Part shown: positions 38,732-48,627 of the stretch, in pieces
Layout: every line of letters starts with the position of its first letter
How positions within the stretch are numbered: position 1 is the stretch's first letter
IMG/VR virus record: IMGVR_UViG_3300028676_000003
Coordinates: 248,001 to 312,000 of that record
Direction: 5' to 3' (one strand)
Length of the DNA: 64,000 nt
The notes under the pieces: model-generated
Told to the model about the DNA's origin: nothing
The model's database searches: none
The model's input: the letters and a program-made list of their open reading frames with translations, nothing else
Position numbers and translations under genes: made by a program

Positions 38732-38850
38732 ATAGTAGTCGTCTAGTGGACAAAGACACCGCCCCTGTATTCGTGTATGAGGTTCGACTCCTCTTTAGCA
38801 GTGGTGGTATGACGTAGGTGGAAACATTGGTTCAAATCCAATCTGCTGTA
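38732..38850 (+). ncRNA. Glu/Asp-type tRNA body with an ~50-nt insertion in the anticodon loop
   Basis: ATAGTAG/CTGCTGT, D arm GTCTAGTGGACAAAGAC; the CCGCC/GGTGG stem encloses a second T-arm (GAGG-TTCGACT-CCTC). Confidence 0.6.
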
Positions 38851-38884
38851 CAAAAGGTTCCTCTTGCCTTACAAGAGAATAAAA

Positions 38885-39013
38885 AAGATTATTTCAGCAA
38901 TCAAACAAAAAAAATCTATTTGAAAGAGAGCGGAGGGGTTCGACTCCCCATTTGTCTATAAGAGGTATGACAATTTGTTGTAACGGTAGCACTAATAAAA
39001 AAAATTAATCTTG
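38885..39013 (+). ncRNA. CAGCAA-stem element enclosing a permuted Gln(TTG)-like tRNA
   Basis: AAGATTA...CAGCAA, anticodon arm, GGGG-TTCGACT-CCCC, TTGTC-linker-GACAA, D arm TTGTAACGGTAGCA, closing TAATCTT-G. Confidence 0.6.
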
Positions 39014-39023
39014 ATTCTCACAT

Positions 39024-39094
39024 ACTTCTGTCGTCTAAGTGTTAGGATGCCCTCGTTGTAGAGGGTGATAGTGGTTCAAATCCATTCGGAAGTG
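39024..39094 (+). ncRNA. Glu-type tRNA body with a 6-nt anticodon loop
   Basis: ACTTCTG/CGGAAGT, CCCTC-GTTGTA-GAGGG. Confidence 0.65.
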
Positions 39095-39240
39095 CAAATA
39101 CTGACCTCCACTTCAGTAATTATTTCGTTTTTTAGAGGTGGCTCCCTTTCCACAATTGTGGATATAACCAAAAATTGCTGTGGCAGACCACGGGCATCTG
39201 ATAGGTCAACTATCTATACAGGGGGCGAAACTAAATGTTT

Positions 39241-39292
39241 TAAAATAACTCATCATTTATTTGGTGGGTTATTTTTTTTTACGTACCTTTGT
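39241..39292 (+). terminator. terminator-promoter cassette closing array 2 (duplicated at 55357-55409)
   Basis: AATAACTCATCA-TTTATT-TGGTGGGTTATT, T-run, then TACCTTTGT. Confidence 0.75.
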
Positions 39293-39410
39293 TATATAGA
39301 AATAAGGACTTAAAAAAGTTTTAAAAATATTTTACAAAAAGCTTGTTTATATGAAAATAAAGTAATACCTTTGTTCTCGATATAAATGTTAATTTTAAAA
39401 CAATCTAATT

Positions 39411-40187
39411 ATGGCGTTTAAAAATTTATTTATCAAAAGCGATGAGAGTCCTGATGATAAACCAGTAGAAAAACAAATAGTGAAAAAACAAACAGAACAA
39501 CCAATCAAGTTCCCGACAGCATCAAGGAATGAAGAAGTAGAAACACCTTCATTTGCAAGACCTGCCGCAGGATTTGGATTCGGAGATGCACCTGCAACAC
39601 CTAGTGCGCCAGTAACTCCAAGCTTTGCCCCATCATTTTCAACTCAACCAACAAGTTCAGGTGAAGTGACGCAAGAGCAAGTTGAAAATGCTTATAAGAT
39701 ATACGAAAAAGGTTTCGAATCACTTAACCAACCAGGTTATGACTTCTTCGAATACTTCAAAGCAGTAAGTGCTGGTGGTGTGAATAACCCGCCAATTTAT
39801 GAGATGGCTCTTGCCATGGCTCATAGTACTGACCCAAGCGTTACCAAAGAGAAATTACTTTCTCAGTCAGAATTCTATATCACAGAAATCAACAAGGTTT
39901 TTGAAGATTTTTCTGCCAAGGGTAATGGTAAAAAACAAGAAATTATCAATCAGAAGTCTTATGAAAACCAAGCATTGGTAAATGAGGTAAGTAACATTAG
40001 AGAACAAATTGATGCTCTTACAGTTACCCTTAAAGACAGAGAGTCTAAGCTTAATCGTATTGATGCAACATATGCTGATAAGATTAACGACATTGATGGT
40101 AAGATAAATGCCAACGTTCTTGCAAAAGACAAAATTATCGGAGCAATTCAAACCGTTAAAAACGGAATATCAATTAATATTAAATAA
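39411..40187 (+). CDS. hypothetical protein (Pro-rich linker, coiled-coil C-terminus), first gene of the ABC/OmpA operon
   Basis: PGYDFFEY motif and coiled-coil. Confidence 0.7.
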   Translation: MAFKNLFIKSDESPDDKPVEKQIVKKQTEQPIKFPTASRNEEVETPSFARPAAGFGFGDAPATPSAPVTPSFAPSFSTQPTSSGEVTQEQVENAYKIYEKGFESLNQPGYDFFEYFKAVSAGGVNNPPIYEMALAMAHSTDPSVTKEKLLSQSEFYITEINKVFEDFSAKGNGKKQEIINQKSYENQALVNEVSNIREQIDALTVTLKDRESKLNRIDATYADKINDIDGKINANVLAKDKIIGAIQTVKNGISINIK

Positions 40188-40194
40188 CTAAAAA

Positions 40195-41310
40195 ATGAGT
40201 ACAACACCGACATTTAATGCGAAGTTTATGGACTTGCCTATCGTAAAATCTTTAGGACAAGAACAATTAGTTACCAAAGTGGATAACTTTAGAAAAGGAG
40301 AAAAAGGATTATATAATGTGTTAAGAATTGGTACATATGGTGCCATTGGTTATGGGATTTGGACATACGTTCTGCCAATAGCTTTCGTAGCATTAGGACA
40401 GCTTATAGCATTAGCTATTACAGCGGCTCTTGCATTATTCTTATTCTTTGCGGCCCCTGCAATCTTCTCTTGGATTAGAATTGCGGCTAGAGCACTACAC
40501 AAAAGTGCTATCAAATACGACCCTTTCAAGCAATTGGAAATCGAAAAACAGAAGTTGATTGCGAATCAAACAACATTTCGTGTTGCTAAGCAAAACATCA
40601 AATCACTTCAATCTGATATGGGTAGTTCTGCTGAAAGAATGAAAAAAGAAGCTGAAACAGCTAATGAAAACATTTTCAGACTTGAAGGTAAAGCTGAATC
40701 TCTTAGAACAAAAATGAAAGAGATGGTTGAAAGATTGGGTGTTGATGCAAAACAAGAAGATGAGTATGTAGGATATGCCTCTCAACTTAATAAGGTTCTT
40801 GGTGATGCACAACGTGTTATCAATAAAGAAAAACAATCTAAAGACTTTATGGATAAATACCAAGCTCGTGAGCAAGTAATGAGAAAAATGTCACAAAAGT
40901 TGGTAATGGTTGAAAGTGTAATGGAAAACAAAATTGCCGATTTTGATGCAACAGTTGAGTTCTTGAAAAATGACTACGAATTCGCACAAAAATCAAATGC
41001 CGCTACATATGCCGCTAAGAGTGCAATTGGATTTAGTGGTGGTTGGGAACGTGACTATGCATTAGAAGTAATTGCTGAGTCTATCTCTAACGATACTGCT
41101 ATGACAGCGGGTAACTTAAGAGACATTGAAAGTCTTACATCTAACTACGATTTAAATTCTGACGATTTGTTCCTTAAATTGGACCAAGCGGCTGATAGAT
41201 TGAGAGTTGATGATGGACTAGGAGACTTCAACAAGTACAAAAATCCTGATTACGTAATGACTGAGAAAGATAAAAGAAACTCAGGTGGATTTGACGATAT
41301 GTTCAACTAA
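40195..41310 (+). CDS. membrane-anchored coiled-coil protein (PspA-like architecture)
   Basis: Two TM helices followed by a long coiled-coil. Confidence 0.65.
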   Translation: MSTTPTFNAKFMDLPIVKSLGQEQLVTKVDNFRKGEKGLYNVLRIGTYGAIGYGIWTYVLPIAFVALGQLIALAITAALALFLFFAAPAIFSWIRIAARALHKSAIKYDPFKQLEIEKQKLIANQTTFRVAKQNIKSLQSDMGSSAERMKKEAETANENIFRLEGKAESLRTKMKEMVERLGVDAKQEDEYVGYASQLNKVLGDAQRVINKEKQSKDFMDKYQAREQVMRKMSQKLVMVESVMENKIADFDATVEFLKNDYEFAQKSNAATYAAKSAIGFSGGWERDYALEVIAESISNDTAMTAGNLRDIESLTSNYDLNSDDLFLKLDQAADRLRVDDGLGDFNKYKNPDYVMTEKDKRNSGGFDDMFN

Positions 41311-41575
41311 GAACATCGAAAATATAAAAACTGTTCGATTAGCAGTTCGTGACTTATCATCCGAATGTGAAGTGGTGGACAATATAAAGTGGACGGCCGA
41401 GCCAAATTGAGTAAGTAGGAAGTTGCTGTGTTTTAGAGGGATAAGCTAAGTTTTTAACAGACAACGAAAAAAATTATTAAAAACTTTACAAAAAGTTTGG
41501 TAGTGTCAAAAATAATACATACCTTTGTAGAGTTAAAATTAATAAGTAAAACAATAACGTAAAAATTAAAACAAC

Positions 41576-43390
41576 ATGGAAAAAAAATCATTTTGGTCAA
41601 GTTTGACTAATTTAGCTAAGGGTGGAATTATCGTCGTAGCTACAGCATTAATCGTAGGAGTGGTTGCATTTGTATCACCTGGGTTGAGAGTTGCAGTGTC
41701 ACAGACACTAGAGTTTAAAGCAATCAATAGCGACAACTTAAACAACGTAACAGCAGGTGCAAAATTACCTTTACCTTCGGAATCAGTATCTTCAAAATTT
41801 GCTGACAAAGGTTTAATCAGAATTGCAGAATATGCATGGAATGGTAACTCAGCGATGATTGCCGCAAATGGTGGACCTCGTACCACAGAAGGAAGTCTTA
41901 TGGAAGCTTCGGGTGTAAACCTTGAAATTGTAAGACAAGATATGGTTGGTGGACTTAGAGATATGCAGTTAAAGTTCATTGAAGAATTGGACAAAGGTGC
42001 TACATATCCACAATCAGATAAATCAGCAGTAGCTGTTAGTATCATGGGTGACGGTGTACCGTTCTATATCACGACAACACAAAAAGCGATTGACGACAAA
42101 TTCGGTAAAGATAAGTATCACGTACAAGTAATTGGTGCATACGGTTTATCTTACGGTGAAGATAAGTTAATCGGGCCTAAAAAATGGAGAGATAACCCAC
42201 AAACTATGAAAGGTGCTCTTGTATCAAGTGTAATTGGTGATGGGGATTGGGTTGTAGCTTGTAACTTTGCTTTCGCAAACAAAATCAAGGTAAATCCTGA
42301 CCCAACAACTTACGATGCTGAAGCGTTAAACTTCGTTCCTTCACAAGATGATGATTATATCAACTCTGTTAAAGAATTAATCAAATCACAAAAAAGTGGG
42401 TTTAAGATTCCTTTAGACGTGGTTAAAGATGGTAAACGTACTGGTGAGAAAATCAACAAAGCTATTGATGGTGCTACTACTTGGACTCCTGGGGATAAGT
42501 TAGCATTTGACAACTTAGACGGTTTCACTGACGTTGCTTCAACAAAAGATTTCGTTAACCAAATGGCTACGACTCTTGTAATTGTTAAAGAATGGGCTAT
42601 CGCTCACGAAAAAGAAGTTGTAGGTTTGTTAAAATCAACTTATGTTGCCGCTAATCAAATCAAACAATACGACGAATGGGCTGTTAAAGCTTCTGAAGCT
42701 GTAGCTAAAACTTATGACTTAGAAACTCCAAAATATTGGTATGACTTATTTAAAGGTCAAAAAGGTTCTAAAGGTGGTGTTGATTTCAATGTAGGTGGTA
42801 CAAGAGTATTCAACTATGCTGATGCTGTTCAATACTACGGTATTACTGACGGAAAAAACAGATACGAAGCAGTTTATAACCAAGTATCTAGCTATTTAAC
42901 TGACTTGAACCCAATGGGATTCAATGAAAGTAATAAAGATGGTGTTGTAAAATACGAAGATGCAGTTAACTTGTACTTCTTGAAAAGCATTACAAATATC
43001 GATGCAGGTAAGATTGAGAAAATCTCTTATACAGCTGAGAAAACTAATGTATTGGCAAGTGGACAATGGAATATCAATTTCCAAACTGGTAGCTCAAATA
43101 TCGCAGGTTCTGACAAGGATTTAGAGACAATCTATAACTTACTTGTTCAATCTGAAGAGTCTAAATTGAAAATCGTAGGATTTACTGATAATGTTGGTAA
43201 CTCTGAAAGCAACGTAGCCTTGTCTAAAGGTCGTGCTAACTCAGTAGTTCAATACTTAACAAATAGAGGTATCGATTCTGAAAGATTCCAATTGGTTGAC
43301 GGTAAAGGTGATGCAAATCCAGTAGCTGACAACTCAACTGCACAAGGAAAAGCCAAAAATAGACGTGTGGAAATCACTCTATTAAACTAA
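41576..43390 (+). CDS. ABC substrate-binding (SsuA/THI5-like) protein fused to an OmpA peptidoglycan-binding domain
   Basis: N-terminal TM. C-terminal INFQTGS ... VGFTDNVG...N..LS..RA.SV..YL...GI ... KNRRVEI. Confidence 0.85.
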   Translation: MEKKSFWSSLTNLAKGGIIVVATALIVGVVAFVSPGLRVAVSQTLEFKAINSDNLNNVTAGAKLPLPSESVSSKFADKGLIRIAEYAWNGNSAMIAANGGPRTTEGSLMEASGVNLEIVRQDMVGGLRDMQLKFIEELDKGATYPQSDKSAVAVSIMGDGVPFYITTTQKAIDDKFGKDKYHVQVIGAYGLSYGEDKLIGPKKWRDNPQTMKGALVSSVIGDGDWVVACNFAFANKIKVNPDPTTYDAEALNFVPSQDDDYINSVKELIKSQKSGFKIPLDVVKDGKRTGEKINKAIDGATTWTPGDKLAFDNLDGFTDVASTKDFVNQMATTLVIVKEWAIAHEKEVVGLLKSTYVAANQIKQYDEWAVKASEAVAKTYDLETPKYWYDLFKGQKGSKGGVDFNVGGTRVFNYADAVQYYGITDGKNRYEAVYNQVSSYLTDLNPMGFNESNKDGVVKYEDAVNLYFLKSITNIDAGKIEKISYTAEKTNVLASGQWNINFQTGSSNIAGSDKDLETIYNLLVQSEESKLKIVGFTDNVGNSESNVALSKGRANSVVQYLTNRGIDSERFQLVDGKGDANPVADNSTAQGKAKNRRVEITLLN

Positions 43391-43430
43391 TACGTTCTCT
43401 TCTTCAGAACGTCTCAATTTTTAAAGTTAA

Positions 43431-43458
43431 AAACCCTAGAGAAATCTAGGGTTTTTTT
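43431..43458 (+). terminator. intrinsic terminator
   Basis: AAACCCTAGA-GAAA-TCTAGGGTTT plus T-run. Confidence 0.8.
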
Positions 43459-43538
43459 ATTAAAAATACTTGCATATATGAAATAAGTTTCATACCTTTG
43501 TAAGGTAATAAGAATAACACAAAATTAAATACAATAAA

Positions 43539-43901
43539 ATGGAAGTAGTCGGAAAGATTAAAGAAGTAAATGCAGAACAACAAGTTAGTGCCGCATTTAA
43601 AAAAAGAGAATTAGTTGTTACAACTGATGAGCAATATCCTCAACACATTTTGATTGAGTTCAATCAAGATAAATGCGATTTGTTAAGCTCATACAAAAAA
43701 GGTGAAGCTGTTAAGGTTTCTATCAACTTAAGAGGAAGAGAATGGGTTAACCCACAAGGTGAAACTCGTTATTTCAACTCAATCCAAGGATGGAGAATTG
43801 AAAGAGTAGGTTCTGAAACACCTGCAACGCCTCAAGCAACTCCTGCTCAAGCATTTGAACCAGCTGTTAGCGGTGATGAGCCTGATGATTTGCCTTTCTA
43901 A
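43539..43901 (+). CDS. DUF3127 family (Bacteroidota SSB-like OB-fold) protein
   Basis: F.KRELVVTT.EQYPQ.I.IEF.QDK, INLRGREW, YFNSIQGWRIE, acidic DDLPF tail. Confidence 0.9.
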   Translation: MEVVGKIKEVNAEQQVSAAFKKRELVVTTDEQYPQHILIEFNQDKCDLLSSYKKGEAVKVSINLRGREWVNPQGETRYFNSIQGWRIERVGSETPATPQATPAQAFEPAVSGDEPDDLPF

Positions 43902-43982
43902 TCATCGAAACAATGGATAATCATCGGTAACTCGATTGGTTATCCACAAGAATACAAAGTAAAAACCATTAAAAATTAAAAA

Positions 43983-44756
43983 ATGAAAAAATTCTTTAAA
44001 CCTTTCGAAGGTATTAGCGATACAAACCGAAGCTCAATAATTGGTGGTTGGTTAGTATGTTTACTCTTATTTTGGGTTGCTTGCGCAAGCATTGGTACAA
44101 CTCACTTATTTCCAACACCTTCACAAGTAGGTAATGGATTTGTTAGCCTTTGGAAAGATGGACTTATTGTTCATATTGGAAGCTCTATTTGGTTATGTGC
44201 CAAGGCAGTTTTCTTTTCAGTAGCAATTGCATTAGCTTTTGCATATTCTTCAACAATTTCAGCTTTTAAGCCAATTGCTTTATTCGTATCTAAGCTTAGA
44301 TTCTTACCTTTAACAGGTATCGCTTTCTACTTATCATTACTATTTAATGATGCTAGAAACTTACAAGTTGCTGTATTGGTTGTTTTCATGACAACATTCT
44401 TAACAACAAGTCTTATGCAGATGATTAAGGATATCGCACCTGAAGAGTTTGACCACGCAAGAACGCTTGGTTGTTCAAGATGGGAAATGCTTTGGGAAGT
44501 TGTAATAAAGGGTCGTATTGACTATGTTTTTGAGTTGGTTAGACAAAACTTAGCTATCGTATGGATGATGCTTGTAACAGTTGAATCTATCCTTGTAGCG
44601 GCTGGTGGTCTTGGTTTCCTTATCAAGAATAACGATAAATTGGGTGATGCAGGTAAGGTTATTGCATTACAAATCATAATCGTTCTTGTAGGATTACTTT
44701 TAGACTTCGTTATCACTAAGATACGTAAAACAGTCTTCCGTTACTCAAACTACTAA
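43983..44756 (+). CDS. ABC transporter permease (SsuC/TauC-like)
   Basis: FPTP, about 6 TM helices, EAA loop (DHARTLGCS), GGLG. Confidence 0.85.
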   Translation: MKKFFKPFEGISDTNRSSIIGGWLVCLLLFWVACASIGTTHLFPTPSQVGNGFVSLWKDGLIVHIGSSIWLCAKAVFFSVAIALAFAYSSTISAFKPIALFVSKLRFLPLTGIAFYLSLLFNDARNLQVAVLVVFMTTFLTTSLMQMIKDIAPEEFDHARTLGCSRWEMLWEVVIKGRIDYVFELVRQNLAIVWMMLVTVESILVAAGGLGFLIKNNDKLGDAGKVIALQIIIVLVGLLLDFVITKIRKTVFRYSNY

Positions 44757-44850
44757 TGAGTTATTTTATCTCATTCATTTCAGGTATGTTCGGGTATATT
44801 ATCGGAGCTTATTTGATGGATATTTTTTTAAAACGTAAAAACAAAAACAA

Positions 44851-45675
44851 ATGAAACAATATAGTCAAGAAGAAGTAATTCTTAACCTTTCAGACGTAAG
44901 TCTTGGATATGGTGGAAAACCAATCCTTAAACACGTTAATCTTACTGAGTTTAACGTCACTAGAGAAGGTCATGATTCAACAGGACAAATCATTGCATTT
45001 ATCGGTCGTTCAGGTAGAGGTAAATCAACACTTTTTAAAGGTCTTACTGGTCTATTACAACCAATTGAAGGACAAATCCTTATTACAAACGCAAACACAG
45101 AAGACAAAGATGATGCAAAGATTCTTTCTGAAGGTGATGTTGGATTTGTAGACCAAAAATACACGCTTTTTAGACACAAAACCATCACGGAAATCTGTCA
45201 ATATGCATTAAGAAAATCTAACGCTCCAAAGGCAGAAAAAGATGCTCTAATCACCGATTACTTAACTCAATGGGGTCTATTAGAACACAAGAACAAATAC
45301 TCTTGTGAGTTATCAGGTGGACAGAGACAAAGAACTGCTATCATTGAGCAAATGCTTACATCTAAGCACTTTATGATTCTTGATGAACCATTCTCAGGAC
45401 TTGACGTTGGAAACATCGAAAAGGTAAAAGAGAATTTCCAAAGAATTAGTGATGCAGATGAATTGAATACAATTATTTTCTCTACTCACGATATCCGTTT
45501 AGCAGTTGAATTAGCTGACAGTATCTACATCATTGGTTTCCCTGAAGGTGAAACCGAGTTTAGTACAGTTGTTGGTCACTATGACTTGAAAAAAATGGGT
45601 CTTGCTTGGGAAGAATACGGAAGCGGTCATGTCGCTCTTGAAAGAGATATCAAAGAACTATTATTGAAATCATAA
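44851..45675 (+). CDS. ABC transporter ATPase (SsuB/TauB-like)
   Basis: GRSGRGKST, LSGGQRQR, ILDEPFSGLD, STHD. Confidence 0.95.
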   Translation: MKQYSQEEVILNLSDVSLGYGGKPILKHVNLTEFNVTREGHDSTGQIIAFIGRSGRGKSTLFKGLTGLLQPIEGQILITNANTEDKDDAKILSEGDVGFVDQKYTLFRHKTITEICQYALRKSNAPKAEKDALITDYLTQWGLLEHKNKYSCELSGGQRQRTAIIEQMLTSKHFMILDEPFSGLDVGNIEKVKENFQRISDADELNTIIFSTHDIRLAVELADSIYIIGFPEGETEFSTVVGHYDLKKMGLAWEEYGSGHVALERDIKELLLKS

Positions 45676-46055
45676 TGGCTGAACAAGTAAATTTTTGGAA
45701 ATCAGAGGATGGAAGTCTTCATAAGACTGAAGCCGAAGCAGTAGAAGCAGATATCGCACATTTAGGTGGTGATGGTGAATTCTATAATTTGATAGTTGAA
45801 AAGCTTGAGAAGTGTAATGAATCAATTAGTTTCAGACATGATGCGATTCCACCAAGAATTGCGTATCGTTTGATGTATTCAGGCTATATTGGTCAATTAT
45901 ATACATGGCACAGCAACGCTGATTCAGCTGACCAATATCAAATCATATTCTATAAGAAAGGTGTAAAACCAACAACTCAATTGAATATGGTGATTCAACA
46001 TGAAAAAACTGAAAAGTATAAACACTTTAAAGAGTTATATGCTAATAGTCAGTGA
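45675..46055 (+). CDS. hypothetical protein
   Basis: Translationally coupled ORF. Confidence 0.55.
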   Translation: MAEQVNFWKSEDGSLHKTEAEAVEADIAHLGGDGEFYNLIVEKLEKCNESISFRHDAIPPRIAYRLMYSGYIGQLYTWHSNADSADQYQIIFYKKGVKPTTQLNMVIQHEKTEKYKHFKELYANSQ

Positions 46056-46404
46056 TAGAGCCATTTGGTTCTTTGAGTTGATACTTGGTAAAGGAATAAG
46101 GGGCCTAGCATTTTGGCCCTTTATCTTTGTACCATCGACAACAGTCGTTGATGAGGTTCTGCTAAATCACGAACGTATTCATTTAAAGCAACAACTCGAA
46201 ATGCTGATTATACCGTTTTATATATGGTATTTGATTGCATTAAGGCGAAAGGGTTATATGGGTATTAGCTTTGAAAAAGAAGCATACGCCAATGAGAGAG
46301 ACTTAGGTTATTTAACCAAAAGAAAGAATTATTCATTTTTAAAATATCAAAATGAAAATAGAAATAAACAAAATAAAAACAGTACCAAAGGGTTTAGGTT
46401 TTAA
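46039..46404 (+). CDS. HExxH-motif protein
   Basis: LNHERIHLKQQ ... ISFEKEAY. Confidence 0.65.
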   Translation: MLIVSDRAIWFFELILGKGIRGLAFWPFIFVPSTTVVDEVLLNHERIHLKQQLEMLIIPFYIWYLIALRRKGYMGISFEKEAYANERDLGYLTKRKNYSFLKYQNENRNKQNKNSTKGFRF

Positions 46405-47527
46405 TTTCTGCGTTTACGGTGAACCATCTGAAGAAATTCAAAAATGGTGTAAGTATTGGGATTTTAAAACAGAACCATCAGGTCCATATACCAATATTAT
46501 CCTTACAGATGATGTTGACATTAAAAATATCTTTGTTGGTCCTAAGAAATACCATTATATTGATGGTTTTAGCCCAAATCTTAACAAGAACCTACATGTA
46601 GGTCACTTATCAAATCTTGTATTAGCAAATGCGTTCCAACACTTGGGTCTTGGAGATGAATTTATCTCGATATTTGGTGATACGCTAAATGGTGAGGTTA
46701 CCAAAGATGAGGCTTATTACAATTTCCTTAAAATGACCAAGTTTTTTGGTTATAAGGTTGATAAAGAGTATTTTGCTTCTGAAATGAAGCTTGATGAAAA
46801 GCTTTTAAAAGACGGCCAAGGTGACTATGAAGGTTCAAAGGTATTTGACTTAGAAGATGAACAAATCGTAGGTATTAAATCCAGCGGAGCAACAACATAC
46901 TTCTATCAAGACGTAGCACTAGCTAATGAATTGAGTGCTTCTACCTTGTATCTAACTGGCTTGGAGCAAGAAAATCATTTTAATTCGCTTAAGAAGTTAT
47001 TTCCAAATAACAATCATATCGGTCTTGGACTTGTTTATCTTGATGGTAAAAAGATGTCTAGCAGTGAAGGAAATATCATTTATATGAATGAGTTCATTCA
47101 TGGACTTATGGAAAAGTTTAATCATGATGCTGGTGTTGTAGCTAATATTATTATTGGACAAATCCTTAAATCTGAGCCAAAGTCAAAGAAAACAATTGAT
47201 TCTAGTCTTATAGATAATCCAAGATTATCATTAGGATTATACTTGAGCTACACGTTAGCACATGTTAAGAGTTGTGGTGTCACAACCAAGCAGATTTATA
47301 AGTATCAATCTAAAAAGTTACAATTTGCTGAATTAAGAGCTAAAACAAACTTATCACCAAATGTCTTATTTGATGAATTGGTGAGCCATTGTAAACATAT
47401 CAACGCTTTATATGAGACTCATTATATCAAGGGGAATGAAGAGAACATTGAGTTGTTTTCTAATTTGATTTCTGACTTGGAGTTGGGTATGTTGAGAGTG
47501 GGTATGTATTCAGTAGAAAAAGTTTAA
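46352..47527 (+). CDS. argS: arginyl-tRNA synthetase (compact)
   Basis: FSPNLNK.LHVGH, KS.G.TTY..QD, EQ..HF, KMSSSEG, YL.Y..A; C-term LGM...G. Confidence 0.85.
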   Translation: MKIEINKIKTVPKGLGFNFCVYGEPSEEIQKWCKYWDFKTEPSGPYTNIILTDDVDIKNIFVGPKKYHYIDGFSPNLNKNLHVGHLSNLVLANAFQHLGLGDEFISIFGDTLNGEVTKDEAYYNFLKMTKFFGYKVDKEYFASEMKLDEKLLKDGQGDYEGSKVFDLEDEQIVGIKSSGATTYFYQDVALANELSASTLYLTGLEQENHFNSLKKLFPNNNHIGLGLVYLDGKKMSSSEGNIIYMNEFIHGLMEKFNHDAGVVANIIIGQILKSEPKSKKTIDSSLIDNPRLSLGLYLSYTLAHVKSCGVTTKQIYKYQSKKLQFAELRAKTNLSPNVLFDELVSHCKHINALYETHYIKGNEENIELFSNLISDLELGMLRVGMYSVEKV

Positions 47528-47685
47528 AAATATTTCAAAAAAGGCTTGTTTTTTAATTAAAAATGATGTACCTTTGCTCTAACGAAACACATTTATTCTT
47601 TTAGTTGATATTTATAGTAAAATAAAATTACAGTTTTAAAGAAAATACAAGATTGTAGTTATACTTAAATACCAAAACATGGATA

Positions 47686-48141
47686 GTGAAGAAAAGAGTG
47701 ACACGAAAAATGATGGCGACTATCAGTCTAATGATAGCGACCTTCCTAAACCCTTTTGGGTTCGACATATTGGTTTACAAACTGACAGAGTTGACAAACG
47801 ATTATTGGACTACAATGTATGTTCTATATTCATTGGCCTTTCTATCATTTTGCTTAGCTTATCCATTTTTTAGATATGGAAAAAGGCTAATTGGAAATTT
47901 ACTTATTACACTAGCGTTATTCCTTAACCCGCTGGGCTACGATATTATCGTTTATGGAATTACACTGTTAACTAAGAGCTATTGGATAACAATGAGTATT
48001 ATGTATGCTTTGGCTGTCATTTTCTTTGGATTATTTGTTCACTTGAGTGATATGGATTTGAAAAAGAAACTAAGAGTCAACACAAAGATAATAATTCGAA
48101 ACATTAAAAACAAACTTAAAAGCTATGAACAAGTTCAATAA
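47686..48141 (+). CDS. membrane protein with an internal duplication
   Basis: The unit FLNP.G.DI.VY..T.LT..YW.TM...Y.LA occurs twice. Confidence 0.65.
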   Translation: MKKRVTRKMMATISLMIATFLNPFGFDILVYKLTELTNDYWTTMYVLYSLAFLSFCLAYPFFRYGKRLIGNLLITLALFLNPLGYDIIVYGITLLTKSYWITMSIMYALAVIFFGLFVHLSDMDLKKKLRVNTKIIIRNIKNKLKSYEQVQ

Positions 48142-48544
48142 TTTTTTTAACAAGTTTTTCGGAAAAAAAACCGAACAACCTAAAAAACCGATTAATCAAC
48201 TACCACAACCTGATGATGCATTTATCGAAAGCATTATGGGTTCATTAAAGCTAATGAAGGAGCTGAGTGAAAACAACGGAGACCCAAGTGTTTCTTTAGG
48301 ACCACCTGACAGAATTGACTATTCTGAAAGAGATGGATTGTATTTCAGAGACCTTGTATGGATTCAAAATGGTGGTAAAGGAGAAATCCACAGCCAAGAA
48401 ATGTCAGATGTTCCATTTGACAGAGAAGAATTAAAGGTAAAAGAAAATAAGCCTGAAACTCTTGAAGACCGTTTAGCTGACGCATTGAAAAATGAAGATT
48501 ACGAGGCGGCCGCTAGTCTAAGAGACGAAATGAATAAAAAGTAA
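48125..48544 (+). CDS. UVR-domain protein
   Basis: C-terminal L..AL.NEDYE.AA.LRDE. Confidence 0.7.
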   Translation: MNKFNNFFNKFFGKKTEQPKKPINQLPQPDDAFIESIMGSLKLMKELSENNGDPSVSLGPPDRIDYSERDGLYFRDLVWIQNGGKGEIHSQEMSDVPFDREELKVKENKPETLEDRLADALKNEDYEAAASLRDEMNKK

Positions 48545-48627
48545 AAAAAAAAGTTAAAATAAATTTGGTAGTTTAAAATAATATTTGTACCTTTGTAATG
48601 TAAAAATATTAACAAATAAATTAAACT

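Noticed and set aside
41350-41450. SAM-I riboswitch (CTTATC...GATAAG)
   Set aside because: The core AGA/GGAGGGA/GCAAC/GGTGC elements are missing; left as unassigned intergenic structure.
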